From NCBI GenBank assembly GCA_964506505.1, contig CAZDKY010000021.1, positions 4,010 through 68,009 on the forward strand: DNA of 64,000 nt, written 5' to 3'. The stretch is from an uncultured Syntrophomonadaceae bacterium (GTDB lineage: Bacteria > Bacillota > Dethiobacteria > DTU022). The position numbers and the translations under genes are program-made. The number at the start of each line of letters is the position of its first letter. Within the stretch, counting starts at the first letter, position 1. Shown one piece after another: positions 10,520 through 20,667 of the stretch. The notes beneath the pieces were generated by a model. The model was not told where the DNA came from. It saw nothing but the letters and a program-made list of their open reading frames with translations, and did not search any database.

Positions 10520-11236
10520 ATGCTTGGAAACTACGTAAATACTCTGGCAATTATTGTCGCAAGCCTGCTTGGCCTGTTGATCCGGAAAGGGTTAAAAGAA
10601 GAATATAAAACAATAGTTATGCAGGCTATCGGGCTGTCGGTTATCTTTATCGGAGCGGTCACCGCCCTCGGGGGGCTGATGGATCCGGCAAGCGAACCAA
10701 TACTCTTTATTCTCAGTCTGGTTATCGGTGGGGCAATTGGCGAGATGCTACGCCTTGACAGAGCCCTCAATAAGCTGGGCACGCTGCTGCAGGAAAAAGT
10801 AGGCGGCAACGGCAGCAATGTTGCCCGTGGCTTCGTAACAGCAAGTCTCATATACTGTGTGGGGACAATGGCCATTCTGGGTTCCATTGAAAGCGGCCTG
10901 CGGGGAAATCATAACATGCTTTTTGCCAAATCAGTCCTTGACGGCGTAACTTCCATGATTCTTTCATCAACACTGGGTGTGGGGGTTATTTTTTCGGCGG
11001 CAGCAGTTTTTATCTACCAGGGGCTTATTATTCTCTTCGCCGGATCAATTGAGTCTTTGCTAACCGAACAGATCATCCGCGAGATAACAATTATCGGGGG
11101 AATCCTCATTTTCGGAATTGGCCTTAACCTGCTGGAAATCAAAAAAATAAACACAATTAATCTTCTGCCGGCCATTTTTGTGCCTGTTGTTTACTACCTG
11201 CTGATTATGCCACTGTACCAGATCCTGTTTTTTTAA
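10520..11236 (+). CDS. DUF554 family membrane protein
   Basis: MLGNYVN start, FVTASLIYCVGTMAILGSI, KSVLDG motifs. Confidence 0.85.
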   Translation: MLGNYVNTLAIIVASLLGLLIRKGLKEEYKTIVMQAIGLSVIFIGAVTALGGLMDPASEPILFILSLVIGGAIGEMLRLDRALNKLGTLLQEKVGGNGSNVARGFVTASLIYCVGTMAILGSIESGLRGNHNMLFAKSVLDGVTSMILSSTLGVGVIFSAAAVFIYQGLIILFAGSIESLLTEQIIREITIIGGILIFGIGLNLLEIKKINTINLLPAIFVPVVYYLLIMPLYQILFF

Positions 11237-11342
11237 ACCCCGGGTTTTCCCGCCGGCAGCCGGGCCATGGTTTAAACACTGCTGCCAGAGGCCGGGTAAA
11301 CCCGGCCTCTTCAGCCGGAAAAAGAAAAAAAGGTTTAAGCTA

Positions 11343-11371
11343 TTGCCGAACAGAGGGGAAATAGTTATAAT
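11343..11371 (+). promoter_or_regulatory. SigA promoter of tRNA-Arg
   Basis: TTGCCG-17 bp-TATAAT. Confidence 0.65.
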
Positions 11372-11387
11372 ACAGATCAGAAAACAG

Positions 11388-11463
11388 GCGCCTGTAGCTC
11401 AGGGGATAGAGCAACGGATTCCTAATCCGTGTGCCGCAGGTTCGATTCCTGCCAGGCGCACCA
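11388..11463 (+). tRNA. tRNA-Arg (CCT)
   Basis: Cloverleaf GCGCCTG...CAGGCGC-A-CCA; anticodon arm ACGGA-TTCCTAA-TCCGT; T-loop GTTCGATTC. Confidence 0.97.
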
Positions 11464-11722
11464 GTAAAAAAGCCCTAAAACTAAACGTTTATAGGGCTTT
11501 TTTTCTATCAACAGGCTGTAAAAAAAGACTTGGGGTGCGTATAGTGTGCGTAAACACCCGGCAAGGCAAAGATAACCAGATGATCTCCGGGCTTTAAACC
11601 TGTTTCACCAAGCGCTATTATGACTTCTTCTCCACGAACAACAGAACCAACGAGCATTCCCGGGAAAAATGCGCTTCTTTAATCTTGCTGCGGCAGCTGC
11701 AGCTTCTGGTGATAATACTATT

Positions 11723-12631
11723 TCAAATACTTCTGTCCATTTCCCCGGGTAGTATGAACAAATCAAGCAGTTCTTCGCCTCTGGTGAGGCAGTTTATCTG
11801 TGCAGCCACCAGCAGGCGCGGGCTAATAAGACTGTCAAGACCCAGCGTTTTATAAACAGGAATATTTTGCTGTTTCTTTACTTCGCAAATTATTTTCTTT
11901 GGGCCAAATTCACGAACCAGCAGAGCAGCGACAATATTGGTCCGGTCATCACTGGTTGCAGCTATTACAGCGTCTGCAGCATAAAGCTCTTCTTCCTTGA
12001 GCATGGAAATTTCTGTCACGTCACCATTTAAAACCAGAGTTTTCTGCAATTCTAAATCAAGTTTTTTACAAACCTTCATGCTTTTTTCGATTAACTTAAC
12101 AACAAAATGCTGCCGGCTTGATTCAAGCAGAAGAGCCAACTGATATCCCAGTGCTCCTCCACCGAAAATGACAACATGTCTGATCCTGTCTCCGGAAAAT
12201 GATTTATTTACACCGGCATCTGAGAATTGCAGCATTCTTAAAATCTCCAGGGCGGCAACTTTTTCTGGATTGATTACCATGTCAATACCGAACTGTGAAA
12301 TTAAACTTGAATCTTCTTTCAGGAAACCTTTTCCCCTGATACGACAAACAGTATGTGGAACATAATATTTTTTTGCCAGTAGGCAGGCAAGGGTATTTAC
12401 TTCATCCATATCTGTTACGGCTACAAGCAAATCCGCTTTTTTAATCCCGGCCTGCTCTAAAACCAAAGCCTGGGCACCATTTCCTTCAACTACTTTCAGA
12501 GCAGGGTTTTTCTTAAAACGCTCAACCCTGCCCTTGTCATTTTCAATGACTACAACATTTTGGCCTTGATAAATAAGGTGGTGAGCTAATTCGTAACCAA
12601 CCTCGCCACCACCAACTATGATAATATACAT
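11723..12631 (-). CDS. trkA: TrkA-like protein with two RCK-N domains, lacking RCK-C domains
   Basis: IIIVGGGEVG and VVIFGGGALG Rossmann motifs; 302 aa versus about 450 aa for full TrkA. Confidence 0.75.
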   Translation of the reverse strand: MYIIIVGGGEVGYELAHHLIYQGQNVVVIENDKGRVERFKKNPALKVVEGNGAQALVLEQAGIKKADLLVAVTDMDEVNTLACLLAKKYYVPHTVCRIRGKGFLKEDSSLISQFGIDMVINPEKVAALEILRMLQFSDAGVNKSFSGDRIRHVVIFGGGALGYQLALLLESSRQHFVVKLIEKSMKVCKKLDLELQKTLVLNGDVTEISMLKEEELYAADAVIAATSDDRTNIVAALLVREFGPKKIICEVKKQQNIPVYKTLGLDSLISPRLLVAAQINCLTRGEELLDLFILPGEMDRSI

Positions 12632-12728
12632 TTTATTCCTACCTTTTATCTAACCCTTTTTTGCTGCGCGTCATCTCTGAGAAACACACACTAACTGAAA
12701 AAGCCGAAGCGTAAGATACTAATCGATT

Positions 12729-13388
12729 TTATGACCATCCCAGTTTTTTCAAAGATTTATTCTGACCTATTGCCACTATCAAGTCATTGGCTCCAATGGT
12801 GTCACTGGCAATCGGTGCAATAATGGGATGGCAACCATTGTTAAACCGCCGTAAAGCTATAACTGTTATCCCAAAGCGAGCTCGCAAATTTAAATCCTGC
12901 AAAGATTTACCAACCATATCACCGGGGGCTTCAACCTCGACAATGCTATAATCAGCAGACAACTCAATCAGGTCGATTATTGAAGGAGAAATCAAGCTGA
13001 GAGCTATTTTCTGCCCTGTATCTCGCTCGGGGTAAACAACCCTGTTGATGCCAACTTTTTTGAGCACCTTGCCATGTAGATCATTTTGAGCTTTGGCTAC
13101 TATGTGCTGAGCTCCCATTTCTGTCAACAAGATCGCTACCATGATGCTGGCCTGGATATCAAAACCGATTGCTAAAACTACAGCATCAAAATCCCTTACC
13201 CCGAGTGCTCTCAGGCTAGATTCATTTGAAACATCAGCAACAAGAGCATTTGTAACCTCATCGCTGATGTGCTGGATAATAATCTCATCATTGTCCACCA
13301 CCATTACATCATGACCTAGTTTGAATAATGTTCGAGCCACACTGGTTCCAAATCTGCCGGCACCGATTACCAGAAAAGATTTTTTCAT
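12729..13388 (-). CDS. ktrA: KtrA/KtrC (TrkA family) K+ uptake regulatory subunit
   Basis: FLVIGAGRFG, VVYPERDTG, C-terminal RCK-C domain. Confidence 0.9.
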   Translation of the reverse strand: MKKSFLVIGAGRFGTSVARTLFKLGHDVMVVDNDEIIIQHISDEVTNALVADVSNESSLRALGVRDFDAVVLAIGFDIQASIMVAILLTEMGAQHIVAKAQNDLHGKVLKKVGINRVVYPERDTGQKIALSLISPSIIDLIELSADYSIVEVEAPGDMVGKSLQDLNLRARFGITVIALRRFNNGCHPIIAPIASDTIGANDLIVAIGQNKSLKKLGWS

Positions 13389-13662
13389 TTAACAACCTCC
13401 GGCGTGCTAATTTAACCACATATTTCCAACTGTTGTCATTTTTTTAGTTCATAATATAAAAACAGACTCTTCAATTACTCTTACTGTTCTTTTTTTTGCA
13501 GGTCGCTCTCAATTAGCAATACACGTTTAATTTACCAATTTTGAAATAAAGATAGTATTAATATTCCTGCTTATGTATAAAGATTTCATTAACAAACTGC
13601 CAAAATTAAAGCGCCTGCATTTTGAGATGCAGGCGCAGGATTATAAACCGTCAACCCCGGAT

Positions 13663-14349
13663 TCATTCATCAGCCAGGCGGTAGCCAACACCTATTTCTG
13701 TGATTATGTATCGTGGTTTGGCCGGATTCTCTTCAATTTTTCTCCTGATGTTAGCCATGAATACTCTCAATGATTGAACATCGTTATCAAGTGATGAACC
13801 CCATACTTCTTTCAATATATACTTATGGGTCAATACTTTGCCGCAATTCTTTAAAAGTAGAGCAATAACTTTAAATTCAATGGGAGTAAAATGTATTTCC
13901 TCCCCCTTCAGCATCACCCTGTATTTGGCCAGATCGATTTCCAGATCGGCAAGTTTGTAAATAGATGGTGTCTTGCCCTTTTGGGCATCAGCACGTCTAA
14001 ATACAACTCTGATGCGAGCTAATAATTCTTTAATGCTGAATGGTTTGGTCAGGTAATCATCCGCTCCGGCATCAAGCGCTTCGACCTTTTCAATATCCTG
14101 ATCACGGGCAGAAACAACTATTATAGGAATGGTAGAAAATGTGCGAACCTGTTTGATTATTTCCAACCCATCCATGTCGGGCAAGCCAAGATCCAGAATT
14201 ATAGTTGAAATAGGCTCAGTGGCAATGGCATTTAGAGCTGCTTGTCCAGTTGATGCTTCCAGGCAGTTATATGCCTGCGACTGTAAGGAGAACTTGATAA
14301 AATTCCTGATCTGCATATCATCTTCGACCACTAAAAATAAAGGTTCCAT
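13663..14349 (-). CDS. kdpE: KdpE-like OmpR-family response regulator
   Basis: VVEDD...ILDLGLPDMDG...ALDAGADDYLTKPF...LRVFMANIRRKIE. Start moved to ATG 14349 (RBS GGAG). Confidence 0.9.
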   Translation of the reverse strand: MEPLFLVVEDDMQIRNFIKFSLQSQAYNCLEASTGQAALNAIATEPISTIILDLGLPDMDGLEIIKQVRTFSTIPIIVVSARDQDIEKVEALDAGADDYLTKPFSIKELLARIRVVFRRADAQKGKTPSIYKLADLEIDLAKYRVMLKGEEIHFTPIEFKVIALLLKNCGKVLTHKYILKEVWGSSLDNDVQSLRVFMANIRRKIEENPAKPRYIITEIGVGYRLADE

Positions 14350-14359
14350 CTCCGGCCTC

Positions 14360-15841
14360 CTATCGGTTGAGGAAAAAACTAAAAGATGCTCCACCATCAA
14401 TGTTGTTTTGAGCATAAATTTCGCCGTTGTGCATGTTTACTATCGCTTTACATATAGCAAGACCAAGGCCGAGGCCTCTTTTGGCATCGGTCCTCTGGCT
14501 GTCGGCTGTATAAAAAATATCGAAGATCCTCTGTGGATCACCAGCATCAATCCCTGTCCCATCGTCGGAAACCTTAAACCAGACTTTATCATTTTCCAGT
14601 GTAACGGCAAGGTCAATGCTACCTTCAGGTCCGGTATGTTTGATTGCATTGTCCAACAAATTAATCAATACCTGGACTATAAGCTTGCTATCCATGGGAA
14701 CAAATACCACGTCATCCGGAATAGTAACAAATATTTTGTGCTCGGGCGAATACTTTTGAACACGTCTGAGAGATTCGGCAATTATTTCTTCAACAGCTTC
14801 GAGCTGGGTAACCACCTTGAGGCGACCTTCCTGAATGCGGGTTAAACTTAGAATGTTTTCTACCAACCGGGTAAGCCAGATAGAGTCTTCTAATATTCCA
14901 GCAGCAATTCCTTTTTCTTCAGGTTCTTTAAGACGCTGCTGCAGCATTTCTGCGGCACCGGCAATTACCGACAGGGGCGTTCGTAAATCATGGGAAACAG
15001 CTCTCAGAAGGTTGCTCTTAAATCTTTCCTGTTCGGTTTCGATCTTCGCAGTTTCTTTTTCTTTAGCAAGATATTCACGCTCCATGGCTACAATTATCTG
15101 AATAAAGGCAGATTCCATAAGATATTGACGCTCCTGATTATCGTAGGCCAATTCAGCAGGCAGGCAAAAAATACACACTTTATTGCCCTGTATTTCAATG
15201 GGCACAGAATAATACCGGGCAGTAAAATTGTCTAACTGATTTTTCACCAACTCACCTTTGATAGGAGACAACTTGCTTCCTGTTAATTTAATTGTTTCCA
15301 ATTTATCTGTTTTCTCATTTATGAAACTGTCAGCCATTATACACAATACTTCGCAGGCAAAAAGGTCCGACAAACACTGCATAGAAACTGTAATAACATT
15401 TTTTAGCCCCCGGGTTTTTGCCAGCGAACTGGTGATGATGTACAGTGTACGTGCCTGTTTTTCCTGGGCATTGGCTCGTTCCTTGGCATTAATCAAGTTG
15501 CTGGTTATTGTACTCGAAAATATTGCTGCCAGCAGCATGATCATGAAAGTAAAAATATATGATTTATCATATACTGTGAATGTGTAAACAGGCTCGGTAA
15601 AAATAAAGTTGAAGCACAGAGTAGCAACAAGCGAAGATAAAATACCGTAAATAAATCCTCTCGTATAGCGTGAAGCAAGTAGCACTGACATAATGTATAC
15701 AATAACAATGTTTACTTCGGTAAAACCAAAATACTTAATTAAGAAAGAAAGCATGGTCGCCAGCAAAATCAGCAGTACAACAATACTTACTTGCCGAAAG
15801 GCTGAAATATAAGTTGAATTTTGATTTGCTATTTCCACCAT
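14360..15841 (-). CDS. kdpD: KdpD-like sensor kinase (DUF4118 TM + HisKA + HATPase) lacking the N-terminal KdpD/Usp domains
   Basis: FNFIFTEPVYTF, LLRAVSHDLRTPL, NLLDNAIK, GLGLGLAIC. Start chosen at ATG 15841. Confidence 0.8.
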   Translation of the reverse strand: MVEIANQNSTYISAFRQVSIVVLLILLATMLSFLIKYFGFTEVNIVIVYIMSVLLASRYTRGFIYGILSSLVATLCFNFIFTEPVYTFTVYDKSYIFTFMIMLLAAIFSSTITSNLINAKERANAQEKQARTLYIITSSLAKTRGLKNVITVSMQCLSDLFACEVLCIMADSFINEKTDKLETIKLTGSKLSPIKGELVKNQLDNFTARYYSVPIEIQGNKVCIFCLPAELAYDNQERQYLMESAFIQIIVAMEREYLAKEKETAKIETEQERFKSNLLRAVSHDLRTPLSVIAGAAEMLQQRLKEPEEKGIAAGILEDSIWLTRLVENILSLTRIQEGRLKVVTQLEAVEEIIAESLRRVQKYSPEHKIFVTIPDDVVFVPMDSKLIVQVLINLLDNAIKHTGPEGSIDLAVTLENDKVWFKVSDDGTGIDAGDPQRIFDIFYTADSQRTDAKRGLGLGLAICKAIVNMHNGEIYAQNNIDGGASFSFFLNR

Positions 15842-16220
15842 TTTATTCCACCAAGTTTCAGTTATTATACATGACAACCGTATTATCAATATTTAAGAAC
15901 AATATAACACATAGGATCAGGATCTATCTACTGTGAAATATAACCGGAATGGGTCATACAATCATCATTTTCCATCAAAATGCAGCAGAAAAAGAATTTG
16001 TATCGGCATACAGCACTCCAGTTTAGATTTCGTGCACAGCAATATGTTAGCAGAATCATTAACATTACAGTCAGCCATACTCTCGACAATAACCTGCCAA
16101 ACATTGCGTGCTCAATGGATTCTTCGGTGTGAACTCCGAATTAAATCAGGATTTACATTATTGCCGGACAGAAAGAGAAAATCCATTATATGGCTTAAAT
16201 AACAGGTACCCTTATCTTTA

Positions 16221-16279
16221 GATAGAGCAATGGATTCCTACTCCGTGTGCCGCAGGTTCGATTCCTGCCAGGCGCACCA
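16221..16279 (+). repeat. Duplicated 3' portion of tRNA-Arg (att site)
   Basis: GATAGAGCAATGGATTCCTACTCCGTGTGCCGCAGGTTCGATTCCTGCCAGGCGCACCA; lacks the 5' acceptor strand. Confidence 0.9.
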
Positions 16280-16504
16280 TAAAATAAGGCCTTCCGGGGC
16301 TATAAATATATAGCAGGAAGAAAAAACGCACAAATTGAAGGAAGAGGCCGTCCGGCCTCTTCCTTTTTATTTGACATCACAATATAATACTACATCCCAA
16401 ACTACCCGTAAATGTGCCAACTCCAAGGGTTCCACCCTTCACAGCAAACGTCGACTGTTATTGCTAATATAGCTTCATCTGACTCCTCACGATAAATTTT
16501 AGAT

Positions 16505-16564
16505 CAACTCCCGCTACCGGGCATGTTCGGGACTTTTACCCGTTAGACTGCGCCCATGCCGCAA
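16505..16564 (-). mobile_element. Degenerate 5' end of a group IIC intron
   Basis: CGGCATGGGCGCAGTCTAACGGGTAAAAGTCCCGAAC resembles the IIC intron 5' end and lies immediately after a terminator hairpin. Confidence 0.7.
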
Positions 16565-16600
16565 AACAATGAGGCTGCCCCATGGGGGAGCCTCATTGTT
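16565..16600 (-). terminator. Rho-independent terminator of the TRAP operon
   Basis: AACAATGAGGCT...AGCCTCATTGTT followed by TT. Confidence 0.8.
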
Positions 16601-16624
16601 AAGCTGCTTTAGATCTTCATATGC

Positions 16625-17743
16625 TTATCTCAGCGAATCCCTTGCTTCCAAAAGATGTTCATAGACATCCCAGGCTGGAAGTCCGCCGGCTTCAAGCTGA
16701 TCAAGAAAACCTTCTACTACAGGGTTTGCCACTTCCAGCAGGTCTGCTGCATCTTGCTCGGTCCACTCATACACTTCTATACCATTCTCTTCCATTTTTT
16801 GAATACCGCGCAGTTCTGCTTCAGCATAAATCTCGGAACCCTTCAGGGCCAAGTCCAGTCCACTGCGCTCGTCGAAGATAGCCTGGATGTCTGCAGGAAG
16901 TGAATTCCAGGTATCCTCGTTCATAAAAATTGCTTTGGTCGCATAAAACATGCTCATACCGCTTGTAGCATATTCCAGGACTTCGTAGAGTTTGTACGTA
17001 TCAATAGCGGCATTGTCGGTTAAAAGTCCGTCGACCACTCCACGCTCCAGAGCATCATAGACTTCAGGCATTGGAATGAGAGAGCCCATGCCACCGAGGG
17101 CGGCTATAGTGTCCTCCTCCAGTTCGCCTGATACCCTTAAATCACGACCATCAAAGTCAGCTATACCCTGAATGGGAGCATTGTTGGTATAAGCATTTCC
17201 TTCGGGAAGGCCATAGAGGGCAAAGACCTTGTAACCGGTCCATTCTTCCTGAAAATCTGCATTTTCAGCCAGCAGGATATTAAGGGTTCTGGTTACTTCT
17301 TCCATAGACTGAAAATGGGCCGGGAATCTGGTCATATCCGTCAGCGGGAAACGGCCGGGAGTATAACCAAGCATAGTAAAACCAATATCTACTGCTCCGG
17401 TAGCAACGTCGTCTACGACAGCTGTGCTTTCAGACAAGGTTCCACCAGGATAGAAATTGATTTCCACCCGTCCATTAGATGCTTCCTCAATAGCCTCAAT
17501 CCATGGCTCGATTACATTTACATGCTGATGGTGAGGTTCGGGAAAAGGAGATGCAAAATCAAGGGTGATAACTTCTACGTCTTCACCCGATTCTTCATCT
17601 ACCGGCTCTTCATCTACCGGTTCTTCGTCTACAGGCTCTTCATCTACGGCTTCTTCACCACCGCAGCCTGCAAGAGCAAGCCCCAGCACAAAAACCAGCA
17701 ATACGGGGAGTAGAAACATCTTCCAACGTTTCAAGTTAAACAT
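16625..17743 (-). CDS. dctP: TRAP transporter substrate-binding lipoprotein DctP
   Basis: Lipobox LALAGC, acidic VDEEP repeats, YTPGRFP, EVYDALERGVVDG. Confidence 0.9.
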   Translation of the reverse strand: MFNLKRWKMFLLPVLLVFVLGLALAGCGGEEAVDEEPVDEEPVDEEPVDEESGEDVEVITLDFASPFPEPHHQHVNVIEPWIEAIEEASNGRVEINFYPGGTLSESTAVVDDVATGAVDIGFTMLGYTPGRFPLTDMTRFPAHFQSMEEVTRTLNILLAENADFQEEWTGYKVFALYGLPEGNAYTNNAPIQGIADFDGRDLRVSGELEEDTIAALGGMGSLIPMPEVYDALERGVVDGLLTDNAAIDTYKLYEVLEYATSGMSMFYATKAIFMNEDTWNSLPADIQAIFDERSGLDLALKGSEIYAEAELRGIQKMEENGIEVYEWTEQDAADLLEVANPVVEGFLDQLEAGGLPAWDVYEHLLEARDSLR

Positions 17744-17858
17744 TCCAATCCCTCCATTTTTTATTTTTAATTCTTGCAGGACCCCACACTACATATACAA
17801 ACACTAAAACTTTCGTTAAAGCATAAGCACCCCCTCCTTTAATGCTTATATCTATATC

Positions 17859-19166
17859 TCAATACATTAAGCTTGGTAGGAAAAGGGCAATATCCGGGAA
17901 AAGGGCTACAATAATTGCTCCAATGATCAGAGTAATCCAAAATGGCACCTGGTACCTGAAAACCTGGCCGGTAGGTACTTTAGTAACCTGTGCTACAACC
18001 AGGCTGGCCACTCCTACAGGTGGAGTGAGCAAGCCGGTTAAATTCATCATGGTGGTCATGACTCCAAACCAGATTGCATTGTAACCCAGTTCCAGAATAA
18101 TAGGATAGAAAATCGGGGTCATAATCACGATTGTGGCCAGTTCATCCATGAAAAAACCCATAAGCGTATAGATTAAAAGTATTATCAAGATTATTATAAA
18201 AGGGGATACTTGCAGTGAATTTATAAAATCAGAGAGCCCAAATGGGATGCGGCTTCTTGTTAAGAAAATTCCGAACATTTTCCCTCCTATAACAATGGCG
18301 AATACCATTGCTGTGATGGTGGTCGCTGAGCTTATGGATTCAACAAATTTTGACCACGAAAGCCGCCTCATAATCAGTACCAGCACCAAAGATAAAAATG
18401 CCCCTGCTGCACCGGCTTCCGTCGGCGTAAAATATCCGGCGTAAATACCGCCAATACTGATAACGAAGATAACCGGCAAAGGCCAGACATATTTGGCTTT
18501 CTCCAAATTTATATGAATCCGCTCCTGCGTACCTGCTACAGGAGGTCCCAGGCTGGGTTTCAATAGAAGCAGTATATAGGTGGTGATCATTAACATTACC
18601 GTCAGCATAATACCGGGCAGTAACCCGGCGATAAGGACCTGCCCTATAGATTCTTCCGTAATTACACCGTACAAAATAAGAGTGGTGCTCGGTGGAATAA
18701 TTATACCCAGGGTGGCCCCAACTGAAGCTATGCTGGCCGATAAACCCTGATTATACTGATGCTTAGTCATTTCAGGAACGGCTATGGAGCCGATTGTAGA
18801 GGCAGCGGCAGTTGCCGAACCGCAAACGGCGCCAAAGACAGCTGCTGCCCCAAGAGTGGCAATGGCCATCCCCCCTCTGACCTTTTTAAATATTTCGCTC
18901 ATAACATTGTAAAGATCTGCGGCCACCCCTGCTTTAGATAAAAATATACCCATGAGCACAAAAAGCGGTATAACACTTAAAGAATAATTGTTAACCATAA
19001 TGATGAGATCGCTTCCCACTTTACTCAACGCAGGTCCGGCATCTGTCAGCATGATATTTCCGAGAATGGCAATGCCAATCAATGCGAAGCCCACAGGCAC
19101 TTTGAGAGCGATCAGTATTAACATCAATACAATGCCCAGAATCCCTATTTCAACTGGCGCCATCAT
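17859..19166 (-). CDS. dctM: TRAP transporter large permease DctM
   Basis: IPLFVLMG, GIIIPPS, FTPTEAGA, GLLTPPVG. Confidence 0.95.
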   Translation of the reverse strand: MMAPVEIGILGIVLMLILIALKVPVGFALIGIAILGNIMLTDAGPALSKVGSDLIIMVNNYSLSVIPLFVLMGIFLSKAGVAADLYNVMSEIFKKVRGGMAIATLGAAAVFGAVCGSATAAASTIGSIAVPEMTKHQYNQGLSASIASVGATLGIIIPPSTTLILYGVITEESIGQVLIAGLLPGIMLTVMLMITTYILLLLKPSLGPPVAGTQERIHINLEKAKYVWPLPVIFVISIGGIYAGYFTPTEAGAAGAFLSLVLVLIMRRLSWSKFVESISSATTITAMVFAIVIGGKMFGIFLTRSRIPFGLSDFINSLQVSPFIIILIILLIYTLMGFFMDELATIVIMTPIFYPIILELGYNAIWFGVMTTMMNLTGLLTPPVGVASLVVAQVTKVPTGQVFRYQVPFWITLIIGAIIVALFPDIALFLPSLMY

Positions 19167-19656
19167 TTTTTCCTCCTACAGGCTGTGAAAAAATTAGATC
19201 GGAAAGAACAACCAGCAACAATCCAAGCAGTCCTAGAAATGCCAGCAATATCACAGGCCAGCTGGGAATTTGCAGGCTTGCGGTTCTGGCACCGGTATCC
19301 ATCATGTAAATTCCATGAGCGAAGACCCTCCAGGCTATAATCGCTGCAATAGCCACAAAAATCACCTGTTTAAGATAATATACAATCACCCGGACAGCTG
19401 TTGATTTTAAATATCTTGAATAGTAGCTGTAGAAAAAGTCAATTTCCACATTTTCTTTGTTTCTTTCAGCATTACCAAAAGCAAAATAAACAAGTATAAC
19501 AAGAAAAATCCCTGTTAATTCATATATTCCGCGAAATCGGAATTCAAACAAGGCTCTCCCAACTATGTCGATCACGGTTATTGCCATTAAAGCGACTAAA
19601 AACATACAGCTGATGGAGTGAAAAACACGATTAAACTTTTGAAGCGCTTTCCTCAT
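19150..19656 (-). CDS. dctQ: TRAP transporter small permease DctQ
   Basis: Four TM segments, DIVGR...ELT motifs, overlaps dctM start. Confidence 0.85.
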   Translation of the reverse strand: MRKALQKFNRVFHSISCMFLVALMAITVIDIVGRALFEFRFRGIYELTGIFLVILVYFAFGNAERNKENVEIDFFYSYYSRYLKSTAVRVIVYYLKQVIFVAIAAIIAWRVFAHGIYMMDTGARTASLQIPSWPVILLAFLGLLGLLLVVLSDLIFSQPVGGKNDGAS

Positions 19657-19701
19657 AACTATGCCCCCTTTTGAGATGAGACAAAAGCTGAATAATTAAG
19701 A

Positions 19702-19718
19702 CGCAATAGTCATGCCAG
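19702..19718 (-). promoter_or_regulatory. Sigma-54 (-24/-12) promoter of the TRAP operon
   Basis: CTGGCATGACTATTGCG = TGGCA-N6-TTGC, about 45 bp upstream of dctQ. Confidence 0.75.
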
Positions 19719-20667
19719 ATAAGTTTTTTATTTTATTATAACATTAAGTTTAATATAAACTAATGATCGTTCTTAACATCTTCTTTTATAATGCTTCAAA
19801 AATTACATGCATTAAAAAATATACCCCATTGTGTTTCTGAATATTTACTGCATGATGTTTTGTATTTTTATTTTTCTAATTGCAATATAATTTCATTCTG
19901 GTATTGCATAATAAACTATTTTAAGCAACATTTATATTCAGTTGATCCCGTCGACTGATTATAACTCTCTAATAAGGTTATCGTCCAAAGCTCAAGATTC
20001 ATAAATTAATAGTTCGATTTCCGGATATCAATCTGCAAATGATATAACCGCTTAACAGATCGAAACCTCAAGGGCCAAGCAAAAGGCTATAAATATGCCT
20101 CAGTTATGGATTCAGACCCCACAACTGCTTGAACAACTCAAAAACGTCGTTGTCCAAATACCCACAGCATAGACTACCAATATTTGTTTTCTTTTTAAAA
20201 GAAAAGAGCATAAAAAAGAGATATCATAACATTAAACAATTACCATATATTTCAAAGCAGTTAATGTTGCAATTTCCCTTTACATATGTCTTATTCAAAA
20301 TGAATTGACATTGGATATCTTGTTACTTTTTTCGTATCTGTTGTTGGGTTTACTCTAAAATAGTCAAAAAAATAGTCTGGATCGGTAATATTAAAATTTC
20401 CTGGCATTCTAAAATTTAATTCGAAATAATCTTAATTCTTTGCAGGATTGCTTGATATTTGATAGTGGATCCTTTATTATGGAAACAGTTTATAGTAACC
20501 TAAATTCGTTTATTTTTCTTTTTATGAAAGGGCCACTTGAAAAATTCAATTTACTCCACAGTAATAAATCCTCTTTTAAAACCGGCACTTTGTCCAAGAA
20601 AACAGTAATCCTGGATTGCAATTCTCTATTTCAAGGAATCCTATATTTTTACAAAGGGTGAATAGTA

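Larger units (their letters stand above)
11405..16279. mobile_element. tRNA-Arg-integrated islet (about 4.8 kb, no integrase) carrying trkA/ktrA/kdpDE-like genes
   Basis: 59-bp direct repeat of the tRNA 3' part at 11405-11463 and 16221-16279 (2 mismatches). Confidence 0.8.

Noticed and set aside
11343-11597. 84-aa ORF
   Set aside because: Overlaps tRNA-Arg and its promoter; spurious.
16221-16279. Second tRNA-Arg gene
   Set aside because: Lacks the 5' acceptor strand and part of the D arm and has anticodon-arm mutations; it is an att duplication.
17590-17655. 15-nt tandem repeats as a CRISPR array
   Set aside because: In-frame coding repeats (VDEEP) with no spacers. No CRISPR array or cas gene was seen in the window.
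19950-20170. Possible regulator pseudogene in the AT-rich gap
   Set aside because: Only a few suggestive residues amid many stops; cannot be supported without a search.
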